IMG/VR virus record: IMGVR_UViG_3300033066_001396
Coordinates: 32,001 to 96,000 of that record
DNA from: a virus
Taxonomy: Duplodnaviria > Caudoviricetes
Strand: one strand, 5' to 3'
DNA length: 64,000 nucleotides
In this document: in pieces, positions 1 to 8,948 of the stretch
How the letters are laid out: the number at the start of each line of letters is the position of its first letter
Position numbering within the stretch: position 1 is the stretch's first letter
The notes under the pieces: model-generated
What the model was told of the DNA's origin: nothing
Seen by the model: the letters and a program-made list of their open reading frames with translations, nothing else
Database searches by the model: none
Made by a program: the position numbers and the translations under genes

Positions 1-1176
1 AGGACCAAAGCCATTGGAAAAGTTTATTCCAATAGATGTCAGGTGACAATAACTCATAATGGTTCCTTTTCCCGGCCCAGGTGTCGGTCCCGGTGGGCAC
101 GACCCTTCCTGGGTATAACAATTGTCGATCGGTCCGCCTGGCCAGGTGCAGCTATGGGTGTGGGGAGAACTAAGGTTGTGTCCCAGTTCATGCGTAATAA
201 CCTCAACGCTCCACGAAAACGGAATGCTGGCAGCTGGCGTTCCTGGTGCAAATGTGGCATAGTTAAACATTGGTTCAGCTACAGAAAATCTGTAGGCTGG
301 CGCACAAAGGCCGTTGACATAAGCTATCCCTGACAGGGCGCCGCCATTCATTCCTCGGACTAACTGCGCCAGGTTACCCTTATAAGCTGGATCGTTTACT
401 CGTCTCTTAGAAAAATCGACAAGGGCTTCCGCTGTGTTCTTTGAATATCCATCAGGGGCAGTCCATACATACATATAGTTGATATTAACTGTAATTCCTG
501 CAGCAGCATAAATAGATTGGCACCCGGCAAATACTCCAGTGAACCAGTTTACTCCCGCAGCAACCGTACCGAAGTGTTGATATACTTCATAGGTAAGTTC
601 GTAGTCTATCTTTACGCATGGGTTACCAACCGACTTAACCCTTATCGTGTTTTTTAGCTGAGCCTCTACTGCCCTGATCAGGCTATCGTTTTCCACGGCA
701 TCACATTTAAAGGTGATATCTCCGTTATTGCTCTGTTCCATTATAATATAATCAGGTCCATATTTCCCTATGTTTAGATTGCCAAGGTCTTTACTGGATA
801 CCATGCCGGTAATCTCGCCATCCACAATAGATATTGTGACTACCGATGTCGGATCCCCATCTATTGTCCCGCTGAAATACTTTCCGGGTTCATATAATAC
901 CCGGCCATTGTTTGTCTGAACAGAGAAGTCTTGTGAAAACAGATTAAGTCTTTTAAGGTTTAGGGTAAGAGCCTTCCCATCAAAAGGAACCGCCACATCA
1001 AAGGTATTTAGAGCGGTGGAAGACAGAAAGGCAACACCGGCAGAATCTATCTGCAGTAGCGAATGGGTTCCTATCCCTTCCAGGCTTATCGCGTTTTTTT
1101 CTTTGAATAATAGAACAGGGATGGCCGGATTACAGCCAAAGACCATGATAACGGCCAACAAAAAAAAAGTTTTCAT
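1..1176 (-). CDS. M12/reprolysin-like metzincin zinc metallopeptidase, probable lipoprotein (3' end runs off window; absent from ORF track)
   Basis: Manual translation from ATG at 1176: MKTFFLLAVIMVFGCNP... open to base 1 (392 codons); contains THELGHNLSSPHTH (HExxHxxxxxH) and Met-turn GTIMSY; start overlaps the upstream TGA (ATGA). Confidence 0.9.
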   Translation of the reverse strand, partial: MKTFFLLAVIMVFGCNPAIPVLLFKEKNAISLEGIGTHSLLQIDSAGVAFLSSTALNTFDVAVPFDGKALTLNLKRLNLFSQDFSVQTNNGRVLYEPGKYFSGTIDGDPTSVVTISIVDGEITGMVSSKDLGNLNIGKYGPDYIIMEQSNNGDITFKCDAVENDSLIRAVEAQLKNTIRVKSVGNPCVKIDYELTYEVYQHFGTVAAGVNWFTGVFAGCQSIYAAAGITVNINYMYVWTAPDGYSKNTAEALVDFSKRRVNDPAYKGNLAQLVRGMNGGALSGIAYVNGLCAPAYRFSVAEPMFNYATFAPGTPAASIPFSWSVEVITHELGHNLSSPHTHSCTWPGGPIDNCYTQEGSCPPGPTPGPGKGTIMSYCHLTSIGINFSNGFGP

Positions 1177-1400
1177 GTTTTTTTCCTTTTAAGAAGGTGT
1201 TTTAAATAAAGATATATCAAAAAAAACCAAAACGCAATAAAGATCGCGAACAATATGCATACGCCAACCGCTACCACAAACAACCAGGGATATGTTGGAA
1301 CCCATACCCATTTCCACGGGATATCTACAAAGGTTTTTAACCCTAAAAAGATTAGCTGAACTACAGCATAGGCAACAATTCCTAGTTTTTCATCGCTCAT
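1173..1400 (-). CDS. small membrane protein
   Basis: Two hydrophobic segments, basic tail; stop/start overlaps with both neighbours. Confidence 0.7.
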   Translation of the reverse strand: MSDEKLGIVAYAVVQLIFLGLKTFVDIPWKWVWVPTYPWLFVVAVGVCILFAIFIAFWFFLIYLYLKHLLKRKKT

Positions 1401-1804
1401 TGAGTCTTTCGTATTGTGCCGTATAGTTCAAGAGTCACATTCGCCTTGTCAGGATTATACACCAGCTGCCCAATATTGTTGGGTACCTTTAGCTTTTTGT
1501 CATCCTCCAAAAACAACCTGATTGTAGCCCAGTAAGGACCACGCTCAACTCCGGTATCTGCCCGGCCTGAGTTAAAGTTAACCTCTATGCCGTCTTCTCT
1601 GATCGAGAATCCATCAGAACAAGGACAGTTGATGATGTAGTCAACTATCTTGCTTCCAAGCTGGTTAGTTGGAATATCACACAGTTCGTTTGGGTTTTTA
1701 AACGGTAAAAACAACTTTACAGTTGCACCAGAAACTAGTTCCCCATAAGACACTTCTGTCGTGAATCGAGTCTTATACTCTGCTGAATTAAACACTTTCT
1801 CCAT
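1397..1804 (-). CDS. hypothetical protein (possibly Ig-like)
   Basis: ORF in tightly coupled minus-strand operon; beta-rich, CPCS motif. Confidence 0.65.
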   Translation of the reverse strand: MEKVFNSAEYKTRFTTEVSYGELVSGATVKLFLPFKNPNELCDIPTNQLGSKIVDYIINCPCSDGFSIREDGIEVNFNSGRADTGVERGPYWATIRLFLEDDKKLKVPNNIGQLVYNPDKANVTLELYGTIRKTQ

Positions 1805-2219
1805 AGCCTATAATTAATTTTATTTTATATAATAATTTGTTTTTTTTGTAAACTACAGGGTCTCTTTCTACCGCCCCCCACTTGCCAGCGCTGCACTCCG
1901 CGTCAAGGTCATAAGTTTTTTCAGGCATCTTACAACCACAGTCAAGGCACTTGCCGGCCTCAACACACGGTTGACATACTATTTGCCTAACAAGTACTTG
2001 CTCGAGGATGTGGGGCTGAAGAAACATGTCAAAAACCACTCCCTTGACAAAAGATACCCACTTAACAGGACTAACCATGTCTCGTATCCGCATTCCAAAA
2101 AGCATCCAATAACTGTTTCCGTTGTCGCTTTTTTTAAGATGCAGCCGCAGATCCGGATTCCTGGACTCCCACTCCTGTATTAAGCCTGATAATATGACCA
2201 ATAAGACAACAAAGATCAT
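1788..2219 (-). CDS. Cys-rich putative zinc-binding phage protein
   Basis: CQPCVEAGKCLDCGC...CSAGKW. Confidence 0.65.
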   Translation of the reverse strand: MIFVVLLVILSGLIQEWESRNPDLRLHLKKSDNGNSYWMLFGMRIRDMVSPVKWVSFVKGVVFDMFLQPHILEQVLVRQIVCQPCVEAGKCLDCGCKMPEKTYDLDAECSAGKWGAVERDPVVYKKNKLLYKIKLIIGYGESV

Positions 2220-2731
2220 TTTAGCATCATTTCTTTATCCATGACACATTCTATGTATCCGGTGGGTATTAACACCACATAATTTTTGTCGCTTCGTTTC
2301 CTGAATGGCCGATGATCATAACTATACAGTTCAAGGAACTTTATAATATTGACCTCTCCAAGATATTGTGGAGGAAGTTCCCGCTTGTCATTCGGATAGG
2401 CTTTGTTATGATACACAACAGTATCATATTCTGGATTGGGCACAGGTGGCTTGGTAATGTCGTTAGAAAGCTTGATAATGTCTCCGGCCTTAAACTTGGG
2501 AGAGTCTACTAACACCTTGGCAAAAGGAAACATGTTTAGCTTTCCTTTTTTAGAGTCCCCGTTTTCGGAGTCCCCTAAGATGGCGTCCGCCGTAGGGTCT
2601 ATTACTAGACCACTTTCTCTGTATATGAATAACTCCGCCAATACGTAATCGGGAGTTGGTTTTGTCTTAGCCAGCTGTTCAGCCAGGCGGTTGTCTGCAT
2701 CAAACAACCTAAATCGTTCTAATGAATCCAT
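2216..2731 (-). CDS. hypothetical protein
   Basis: 171-aa ORF coupled to the downstream gene. Confidence 0.7.
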   Translation of the reverse strand: MDSLERFRLFDADNRLAEQLAKTKPTPDYVLAELFIYRESGLVIDPTADAILGDSENGDSKKGKLNMFPFAKVLVDSPKFKAGDIIKLSNDITKPPVPNPEYDTVVYHNKAYPNDKRELPPQYLGEVNIIKFLELYSYDHRPFRKRSDKNYVVLIPTGYIECVMDKEMMLK

Positions 2732-2736
2732 TTAGG

Positions 2737-2961
2737 TTATTGGTTTGAGTGGTTAACAACTTCGTTAAAATTCTTGCACACTATTCTTTCAATAGCGCGC
2801 ATAAAGCCCTTGCACTCCTTGGCGTCTCTTATGATTGTCGTGCCAGCGGGGTCGTCATTTTTTACTCCCTTGTTTGTTTCTGGACGCACTGAGCCGTTCG
2901 AGGCGGCTACATAAAGCTCGGTAAGCGCCGTAAGCTCTGGGATCGTCAATTTCTCTGCCAT
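2737..2961 (-). CDS. hypothetical protein (start revised to ATG at 2961)
   Basis: MAEKLTIPELTAL...; fills the gap, overlaps the 3' end of the upstream gene. Confidence 0.5.
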   Translation of the reverse strand: MAEKLTIPELTALTELYVAASNGSVRPETNKGVKNDDPAGTTIIRDAKECKGFMRAIERIVCKNFNEVVNHSNQ

Positions 2962-3298
2962 TTCTAAACCGTTTTTTGTAGTAATACATCTTCGGGGCAT
3001 ATCCCGAATCAATCAACATTCTTCTAACTACAAGAAGGCGATAGAGCTTGTCCCGTTCTCTAGCACCATTACTTTCCCTTATCTTCTTTATTTCCCGACG
3101 AATAGCCTTATTAACCACCCTGTATTCTGGCCTAAATGTGCCGAAATACTTAATTTTAATAACAGGCATTTCGTCCTGAGACATAAAGAACTTTATGGTG
3201 TACCAGAAGACTTCTACGGCTCTCATGAAGTCTCCGTGTACAAAACCTCTTTCTTTTTCTACCTCTTCAATGATAAAATTTTCAATATCATCGATCAT
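2855..3298 (-). CDS. HU/IHF-like DNA-binding protein
   Basis: Helical N-terminus then VIKIKYFGTFRP, like the HU/IHF I-x-x-FGTF strand. Confidence 0.55.
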   Translation of the reverse strand: MIDDIENFIIEEVEKERGFVHGDFMRAVEVFWYTIKFFMSQDEMPVIKIKYFGTFRPEYRVVNKAIRREIKKIRESNGARERDKLYRLLVVRRMLIDSGYAPKMYYYKKRFRNGREIDDPRAYGAYRALCSRLERLSASRNKQGSKK

Positions 3299-3651
3299 AA
3301 CTTCATATGGTAGTCAACAACTTCTTTTTTCACCATGGCCTTTGCCATATCGAAAAGCACAGGCGGAAAGACAAAGGCCTTTCCGCTAGACTTCATCCAA
3401 TTTGTCTTTTTTATCCTAGTAATATAGGTATATCTGTATCTAACCAAAACCAAGGGGACATTTAGACTAGCTATCCATCCCCTTGAAGGTTTATTTCCTG
3501 ACGCAAAGAACTCTAACATAGCAGAATACAATGATCTTTGTTGTACACTTAACCACTTGCTTCTGTCAACGTTGAGCACCATGTATGTATACACGGCATT
3601 TGCTATTCTCTTTCTTGTATCTACACCAGATATGTCTTTAGTCACTTCCAT
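3295..3651 (-). CDS. hypothetical protein
   Basis: ORF directly behind a TAnnTTTG box. Confidence 0.65.
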   Translation of the reverse strand: MEVTKDISGVDTRKRIANAVYTYMVLNVDRSKWLSVQQRSLYSAMLEFFASGNKPSRGWIASLNVPLVLVRYRYTYITRIKKTNWMKSSGKAFVFPPVLFDMAKAMVKKEVVDYHMKL

Positions 3652-3659
3652 AACACAGA

Positions 3660-3667
3660 CAAATATA
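3660..3667 (-). promoter_or_regulatory. Bacteroidota sigma70 -7 element (TATATTTG)
   Basis: caaatata on + strand, 8 nt upstream of the ATG at 3651. Confidence 0.6.
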
Positions 3668-3691
3668 TAATCTTTTTGGGATTATACATAC

Positions 3692-3976
3692 TTATGCCGC
3701 CATTTTCCACGGTTTTAAGGCATAACTCCACTTGTCTCCAGCACTCAAGGTCTTAGCCTGAGAGCTTGGATGTGTAGCAAAGATGCCACGCACGATTTGT
3801 AGATAGTTGATGACCGCCCCTACCAATATCATTGTGGCCTGAACAAAGTGCTCAGAGAACAATGCCGGCGCCCAATCTGGCAACCCAACCACCTTGGTTC
3901 CAAGTAAAACCAAAAAGGTTCCAATGCCAATCCAGGCAGAAGTCACCTTGGCCACCCATGCAGGTAAATTTTCCAT
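3692..3976 (-). CDS. two-TM membrane protein, possible holin (start revised to 3976)
   Basis: MENLPAW..., two hydrophobic helices. Confidence 0.55.
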   Translation of the reverse strand: MENLPAWVAKVTSAWIGIGTFLVLLGTKVVGLPDWAPALFSEHFVQATMILVGAVINYLQIVRGIFATHPSSQAKTLSAGDKWSYALKPWKMAA

Positions 3977-4028
3977 AATTATTTGTTGTTTTAAATTAAA
4001 AAATATTTCTATCAAATATATACACAAT

Positions 4029-4634
4029 CTAGGATATAACCAGTTTTTTGGTCTTGGCTATCTCATCAATAAACCACTGATCGCTTGGATGCCGGCGCAC
4101 CAGATGACCTTCGTCGTCAACCCCTTTGTTGATCCATTCGAGATACCTTGCAGCCTCTCCCCTCATGTCATCAAATCGCTGTTGGCCCCAAACCTCAATC
4201 ATCATAGACTCCATGGCAGCTACGGTCTCTGGTTTGTCTACATTGTGCCTGTAACAGCATATTCCGCTATTAACCGGATGGGTCCACAGTTGGTATATGT
4301 GTGATTTAGCGTAATAATGAGATACCTGGGCCGTATAAAGTCGGTTTGTAACTCCCTGCAAGAAGGGCTTCCTGTCGATCCAGCAAAAAGATGTCAGTCC
4401 TTTTTTTTGGTAGAAAGGGAATATTTTGGCCCGCCAATGATATTGTAGCTTTGCCTTTAACTTCTCCCGGTCATGGTTGGGAGATATTCGCCTCTTTACA
4501 GCCTGGTAATATTTTTTTTCTTTGCCCTTGCTTTCTTTTATAGAAGCCTTCCATGCTGATATCTTCTCCCGATTGCATTCGTTACAAAAAGCTCCTTCCT
4601 TATAGAAAGATCCATGAACTTCACATACTGGCAT
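4029..4634 (-). CDS. NinG/Rap-like His-Me nuclease
   Basis: CWID...VSHYYAKS...LWTHPVN...CCYRHN pattern; N-terminal Cys/His knuckle. Confidence 0.5.
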   Translation of the reverse strand: MPVCEVHGSFYKEGAFCNECNREKISAWKASIKESKGKEKKYYQAVKRRISPNHDREKLKAKLQYHWRAKIFPFYQKKGLTSFCWIDRKPFLQGVTNRLYTAQVSHYYAKSHIYQLWTHPVNSGICCYRHNVDKPETVAAMESMMIEVWGQQRFDDMRGEAARYLEWINKGVDDEGHLVRRHPSDQWFIDEIAKTKKLVIS

Positions 4635-4734
4635 ATTATATCAACCTAACCCTGAAAAGAACTTAATATTCCAATACCAAAAAGAAATACAAATAAAAAA
4701 ACTACTAGCAGCTTTAAATTCAAATATTTATTCA

Positions 4735-5043
4735 TTAAGGATATATTTTTAATTCAAAAAATAGCTGACCCCAACTATCAGTACTTAATAATCCACTAGG
4801 GGTACAATCAAAAACCTCTAGGAACAATTCATTATCTCCATATCGGGTTAATCTCCCAAAAGGAACGCCACTTATAGAGTACCATAGGTTATTACTAATT
4901 ATAGGCTTAGACAATAATATCTTATATTGACCTTTTGATTGATATTCCGTAGCAAAAGTCACCAATGGAGCATTCGTACTTTGAATTACGATTCCTGGTT
5001 TAGAGTTTGACATTGAATATAAGTATCCGGATATTGCTTTCAT
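4735..5043 (-). CDS. hypothetical, possible virion/tail accessory protein
   Basis: Shares STNAP / ELKIYP features with the adjacent 5051-5551 protein. Confidence 0.55.
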   Translation of the reverse strand: MKAISGYLYSMSNSKPGIVIQSTNAPLVTFATEYQSKGQYKILLSKPIISNNLWYSISGVPFGRLTRYGDNELFLEVFDCTPSGLLSTDSWGQLFFELKIYP

Positions 5044-5050
5044 ATTTTGT

Positions 5051-5551
5051 TTATTGATATACTCTTATTTCAAACGGCACGTTAGTCATCGCATTGTCTG
5101 AATAATTACCTATAAATCCTATTGAAGAAAAAATATAAAAATTATCAGAATCGCCACCACCACTATCTAACGTATAAAAATATACGCCTTGTGATTGAGG
5201 TGATATAAAATACATAGTTTTACTAGGAGGAAAAGCCCCTGTCTTTGTAAGAACATAATTTCCTGGACTTGTTCTTGTAAAATGTCCTGGAAGGATGTTC
5301 AACGTGTTTTCTAACACTGTTGCAGTAGGGGCGTTGGTGCCAGATTGGTTCAACAATGCTGAGAAAACTTTATATAATGAACCACTAGATATCTTCTCAA
5401 TAACTCCATTATTATTCCCCCAATGTTCTAAATCTCCTGTACCTGTATTCCTAAATGTTTGCTGAGTACCAACAGGGAGATCTGCTAAAGTAGGATCAGT
5501 ATTTATAGTGGGAAACTGATATAGATGATCTGAACTTACTATTGATTTCAT
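5051..5551 (-). CDS. hypothetical, possible virion/tail accessory protein
   Basis: YKVFSALLNQSGTNAPTATVLENT...FEIRVY, beta-rich. Confidence 0.6.
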   Translation of the reverse strand: MKSIVSSDHLYQFPTINTDPTLADLPVGTQQTFRNTGTGDLEHWGNNNGVIEKISSGSLYKVFSALLNQSGTNAPTATVLENTLNILPGHFTRTSPGNYVLTKTGAFPPSKTMYFISPQSQGVYFYTLDSGGGDSDNFYIFSSIGFIGNYSDNAMTNVPFEIRVYQ

Positions 5552-5871
5552 CTTTTGTAAATTATGATTGTGGATGCAGATGTTATTCCGCCGAAATAAA
5601 GTTTATAATCATCTTCAGAAAAAGCATTTACAACAAACGTATTCCAGCCTACTACGGTGGCAGTACTGGTCAATACATCTGTACCTCCTGGCGTTGTTCC
5701 TATTGTCAACGCGGCAAGAATTGAATTAGATTTTACTTTTATCATATCTACTTCTGATCCGCCAGATATTTTTAAGTTAAAATCTGTAGCTGTGGTAATC
5801 TTGGAGCGTTTATTACAGCACTCTTTGTCTTCAAGCGCCTTAATCCTTTTTTCTAATTCTAACCAATCCAT
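5548..5871 (-). CDS. hypothetical, possible virion protein
   Basis: IGTTPGGTDV motif, beta-rich. Confidence 0.6.
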   Translation of the reverse strand: MDWLELEKRIKALEDKECCNKRSKITTATDFNLKISGGSEVDMIKVKSNSILAALTIGTTPGGTDVLTSTATVVGWNTFVVNAFSEDDYKLYFGGITSASTIIIYKR

Positions 5872-5886
5872 GTGATTTTATTGTTT

Positions 5887-6153
5887 TTAAAGCTTCAATA
5901 TAACGATTCCTCGCTTATTTGCAAGGATAAGGATGTTAATGTTTAACTGATCCAGGGTTTGGCCGGTTTTTTCAACACATAAGCTGACAAATCTTTTTTT
6001 AAGAGCGGCTGGCTTATCGTATTCTATTACGTAAGTATCTCCTGGGCGCATACGCTCAACATTCGGCCACAGGTCCTCTTTTTTCATCTGAAAATGAGGG
6101 GATCGGGTTGAATGATTGAATTTTATGTCTTTTTCTATTTTAAAGTCAATCAT
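5887..6153 (-). CDS. small putative DNA-binding protein
   Basis: ERMRPGDTY resembles ERMGYGDSV of 37143-37499; TATATTTG box at 6237-6244. Confidence 0.5.
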   Translation of the reverse strand: MIDFKIEKDIKFNHSTRSPHFQMKKEDLWPNVERMRPGDTYVIEYDKPAALKKRFVSLCVEKTGQTLDQLNINILILANKRGIVILKL

Positions 6154-6309
6154 ATTTAAAAAATCTTGGTGATATCTGTTTCAATACCACCAAGTCATGA
6201 CCAAATTTAATGCTTAAAATTTAATACTTACAGGTACAAATATAATAAAAAAAGGTATGACGAACTCGCCATACCCATCCAAAAATTACTAATCACAAAA
6301 AAATGTCTT

Positions 6310-6335
6310 AAAAAAGGCGGCATTGCACCGCCTTT
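6310..6335 (-). terminator. intrinsic terminator
   Basis: aaaggcgg/ccgccttt stem with T-run on minus strand after the 6368-7042 gene. Confidence 0.65.
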
Positions 6336-6367
6336 CGGGGATCGTTATCCCCCGCCAGTAGTAGGTT

Positions 6368-7042
6368 TTATTTTTGAGGCGAAGTAATGACTATACCTGC
6401 CCTGAATTGACTTTGAACTGACTTGGTAAAAGGAGTGTTGTATTCGGCTAATAGCCCTAGTGCGCCAGAGATAGGTACAATCAATGTACTTTCAAGCGCC
6501 GCAAAGTTCTTCATATCCAGGTTATGCATAACATAAACCGGCGTAAAGCTCAGCGTAACCGGATAACCGCTTTCAACAACTTTCTTGGCAAAATCTATCC
6601 CAGCAAAGATCTTTGTCTCCTGGGGAGTAAAGCTTGTTGCTCCTGGTAATAGTTTATAAGCCAGACCGCCATGTAATACTGTTTCTATTGCCCCGCTACC
6701 AATGACCTTATAAGGGTACACACCTATGGAAATTCCTTTATCTCCATTCAAAAATCCTCCAAGGCCTTGTCCGAAATCGATATTAACATTGCTCACAATA
6801 GGCAGCTTTAACCCGCCAACAGAGACATCATAGATAATCTTTCCGGACAATAAAATATTATCCTTTAATCCGTCTGTGTGGTCATTGAAGGCTGTGGTAA
6901 GTGTCGATCCAAGCCACAGGCTGTGGACAGATACGCTTTTGACCAGTTCCGGTCGCTCCCTGTTAAAAATAGCATATGGCGCCTGGGCAAAGGTCGTTGC
7001 CAGCACCAATAACATAGGTATTAGTAAACTTAATCTTTTCAT
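6368..7042 (-). CDS. exported beta-strand-rich protein (possible outer-membrane protein)
   Basis: Signal peptide MKRLSLLIPMLLVLATTFAQ; alternating hydrophobic strands; own promoter and terminator. Confidence 0.7.
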   Translation of the reverse strand: MKRLSLLIPMLLVLATTFAQAPYAIFNRERPELVKSVSVHSLWLGSTLTTAFNDHTDGLKDNILLSGKIIYDVSVGGLKLPIVSNVNIDFGQGLGGFLNGDKGISIGVYPYKVIGSGAIETVLHGGLAYKLLPGATSFTPQETKIFAGIDFAKKVVESGYPVTLSFTPVYVMHNLDMKNFAALESTLIVPISGALGLLAEYNTPFTKSVQSQFRAGIVITSPQK

Positions 7043-7066
7043 GTTGTTTTGATTTATTTAAAGGGG

Positions 7067-7074
7067 CAAAGGTA
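7067..7074 (-). promoter_or_regulatory. Bacteroidota -7 element (TACCTTTG)
   Basis: caaaggta on + strand upstream of ATG 7042. Confidence 0.6.
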
Positions 7075-7575
7075 TGAATTTGGCACAATTTCCCCAAAAC
7101 TTTAATGTATGTGTTTAAAGTTGATTTTTTAGTATTAAAGTTATTTGTTATTCCAAGTTCCAATTTTGAGGTAATCTTCTTTTTTATTTTAGGCTATACC
7201 CTCAACTTTATTAATGTGGACAACCCCTAAACAACCCTAATCCGCGACGGCAATCATTTGTTTGTGCCAGGCTGCTGATGTTATGCTCAGGCTCATAGAA
7301 AGCCCATAAACGCCGTTTTGCATTTTGGGTGGAATGTTTTTGCAGATAGTATGGCTTATAACGTCTTGCTTCGCGCCTGAACCTCAAGGAAGATTTTCTT
7401 TTAACCACTGACGGCAATTTGCCGAATCCCGGGATAACCTTCAATAAGCCAATACCTAAATGCTCGGAGGAACCTCACTGCTATACCGCAGGTTTACAAA
7501 ACCTCCACCGAGATACAGCCTGTACCCTTTCTAATGTAGTGCTGCACCTGGGTTTGTGATACTAAATAGGAAGGC

Positions 7576-7705
7576 AAAAAATGCTCGATCCGATTAGTTT
7601 TGTTTCTGAGGCACACCGATGGATCGAGCTGATATCATACCCGGGGAAGGTATAAATTTAAGTCTTTCTACGATGTGTCTCAGAAATTATCACGAAGCAA
7701 ATGTA
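7576..7705 (-). ncRNA. candidate structured leader or small RNA
   Basis: TACATTTG box (7698-7705, minus); interleaved inverted repeats 7583-7591/7621-7629 and 7603-7615/7674-7686; T-run at the end. Confidence 0.35.
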
Positions 7706-7769
7706 TTAATAAAAACAGAATTTCAAAATTAAATAAAAAAAATATTTTTTCAACTTCACAATAAGTTTG

Positions 7770-7777
7770 TATATTTG
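7770..7777 (+). promoter_or_regulatory. Bacteroidota -7 element (TATATTTG), start of the plus-strand arm
   Basis: Consensus match upstream of ATG 7812, divergent from the minus block. Confidence 0.6.
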
Positions 7778-7811
7778 TCTCCATAGATATTGACAAAAAC
7801 CCTGTATATGT

Positions 7812-8102
7812 ATGGCAACAAAAGACCAGTATTATCGACCAATAAATATGGTAAAAGAATCTAAACAACACATGGCCCAGGAGCAAAGCACTAAGGACAT
7901 GGCTATATCTGTAATAAGCCGGGTCAAAGATGATTTGATCAAAATAGACCAGGCCTCCTTTCAGCTAGAATATATCGAAAGAATAGAGGTCTTTCTGAGC
8001 TGCGCCAAGTCTATTTGCAAGCCGGAAGTAATTACCGAAGAGGAAAAGAAATCAATTTTAAAAATATTAAATATAGATAATGGTAAGAAAGGCAATAATT
8101 AA
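7812..8102 (+). CDS. hypothetical protein
   Basis: First ORF of the plus-strand operon. Confidence 0.6.
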   Translation: MATKDQYYRPINMVKESKQHMAQEQSTKDMAISVISRVKDDLIKIDQASFQLEYIERIEVFLSCAKSICKPEVITEEEKKSILKILNIDNGKKGNN

Positions 8103-8298
8103 AAAGCTACGTAAAGACGTTGACGGAATATATTCGTCCTATTTACAAACCAACGGTAGTTGGTCAGGAAGGGATCACTGGATTCTAATTTATCCTATGC
8201 AGTTTTTTGGTGATACCGTACAGGCCTTGGAACACCTTGAAAAGATTAGCGAGCCGGGAGAGGTGTATGTAATAGAATTCGCATTTGTAAAAGAGTGA
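8080..8298 (+). CDS. hypothetical protein
   Basis: Packed co-oriented ORF. Confidence 0.6.
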   Translation: MVRKAIIKKLRKDVDGIYSSYLQTNGSWSGRDHWILIYPMQFFGDTVQALEHLEKISEPGEVYVIEFAFVKE

Positions 8299-8307
8299 TC
8301 CTGCCTA

Positions 8308-8718
8308 ATGGTTAAAATGATTGTCACCGGGTCCAGGGATTTTAATTACCTGTCCTACATGTTTAAGGTATTGGACGGTATACTTATGAAGTATAAAAAA
8401 GACATCAGCATAATTTCTGCCGGGCGAAGGGGCGCCGAAACTAGGGGAGAGTGTTATGCCAGAGCCAACAGGTATTCATTGATAAAGATCCGTCCGGACT
8501 TCAAAACACTTGGGTTAGACGCACTATTGGTGGCGAACAGGGAGATGATTGATATAGCCACACACTGCATATGTTTTATCAATAAGCACGACCCGGAGAT
8601 GGAGTTGCTTTTGAAGATGTGTGAAGAAAAAAAGATAAAGACCAAGCGCGTTTTTTACGACAAAATAGTTGACTGGATAGACGTGGATAACCTGCAATTT
8701 ACCTATGATGAAATCTAA
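8308..8718 (+). CDS. SLOG-family (DUF2493/YspA-like) protein
   Basis: KMIVTGSRDF...IISAGRRGAE...NREM...ATHCICF. Confidence 0.8.
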   Translation: MVKMIVTGSRDFNYLSYMFKVLDGILMKYKKDISIISAGRRGAETRGECYARANRYSLIKIRPDFKTLGLDALLVANREMIDIATHCICFINKHDPEMELLLKMCEEKKIKTKRVFYDKIVDWIDVDNLQFTYDEI

Positions 8719-8926
8719 TGTCCTTACTGACGAACAAAAACTAGAGGCCATCATGGTTGTTCAGTCATTAAAGCTGTTAAAGATAACCAGGGCCAGGCAT
8801 AAGGTTTTTGAAGAACTTTCTAACGAAAGCAATTATTATAATAGACTTAGGTTAGAAAAGGAGTTGGCGCTACTGGACGACGACAGAGACAAGGCCGCAG
8901 ACCTGCTTACTCTTACATTTGATTAA
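8705..8926 (+). CDS. hypothetical protein
   Basis: Packed co-oriented ORF. Confidence 0.55.
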   Translation: MMKSNVLTDEQKLEAIMVVQSLKLLKITRARHKVFEELSNESNYYNRLRLEKELALLDDDRDKAADLLTLTFD

Positions 8927-8948
8927 TAGTTTATTAAAATAAATTAAT

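Noticed and set aside
43-333. ORF-track calls 43..333(+) and 54..260(-)
   Set aside because: Shadows of the real minus-strand metzincin frame (1-1176).
7211-7444. 77-aa minus-strand ORF
   Set aside because: TTG start, no recognisable motif, lies in a regulatory-looking region; not supportable.
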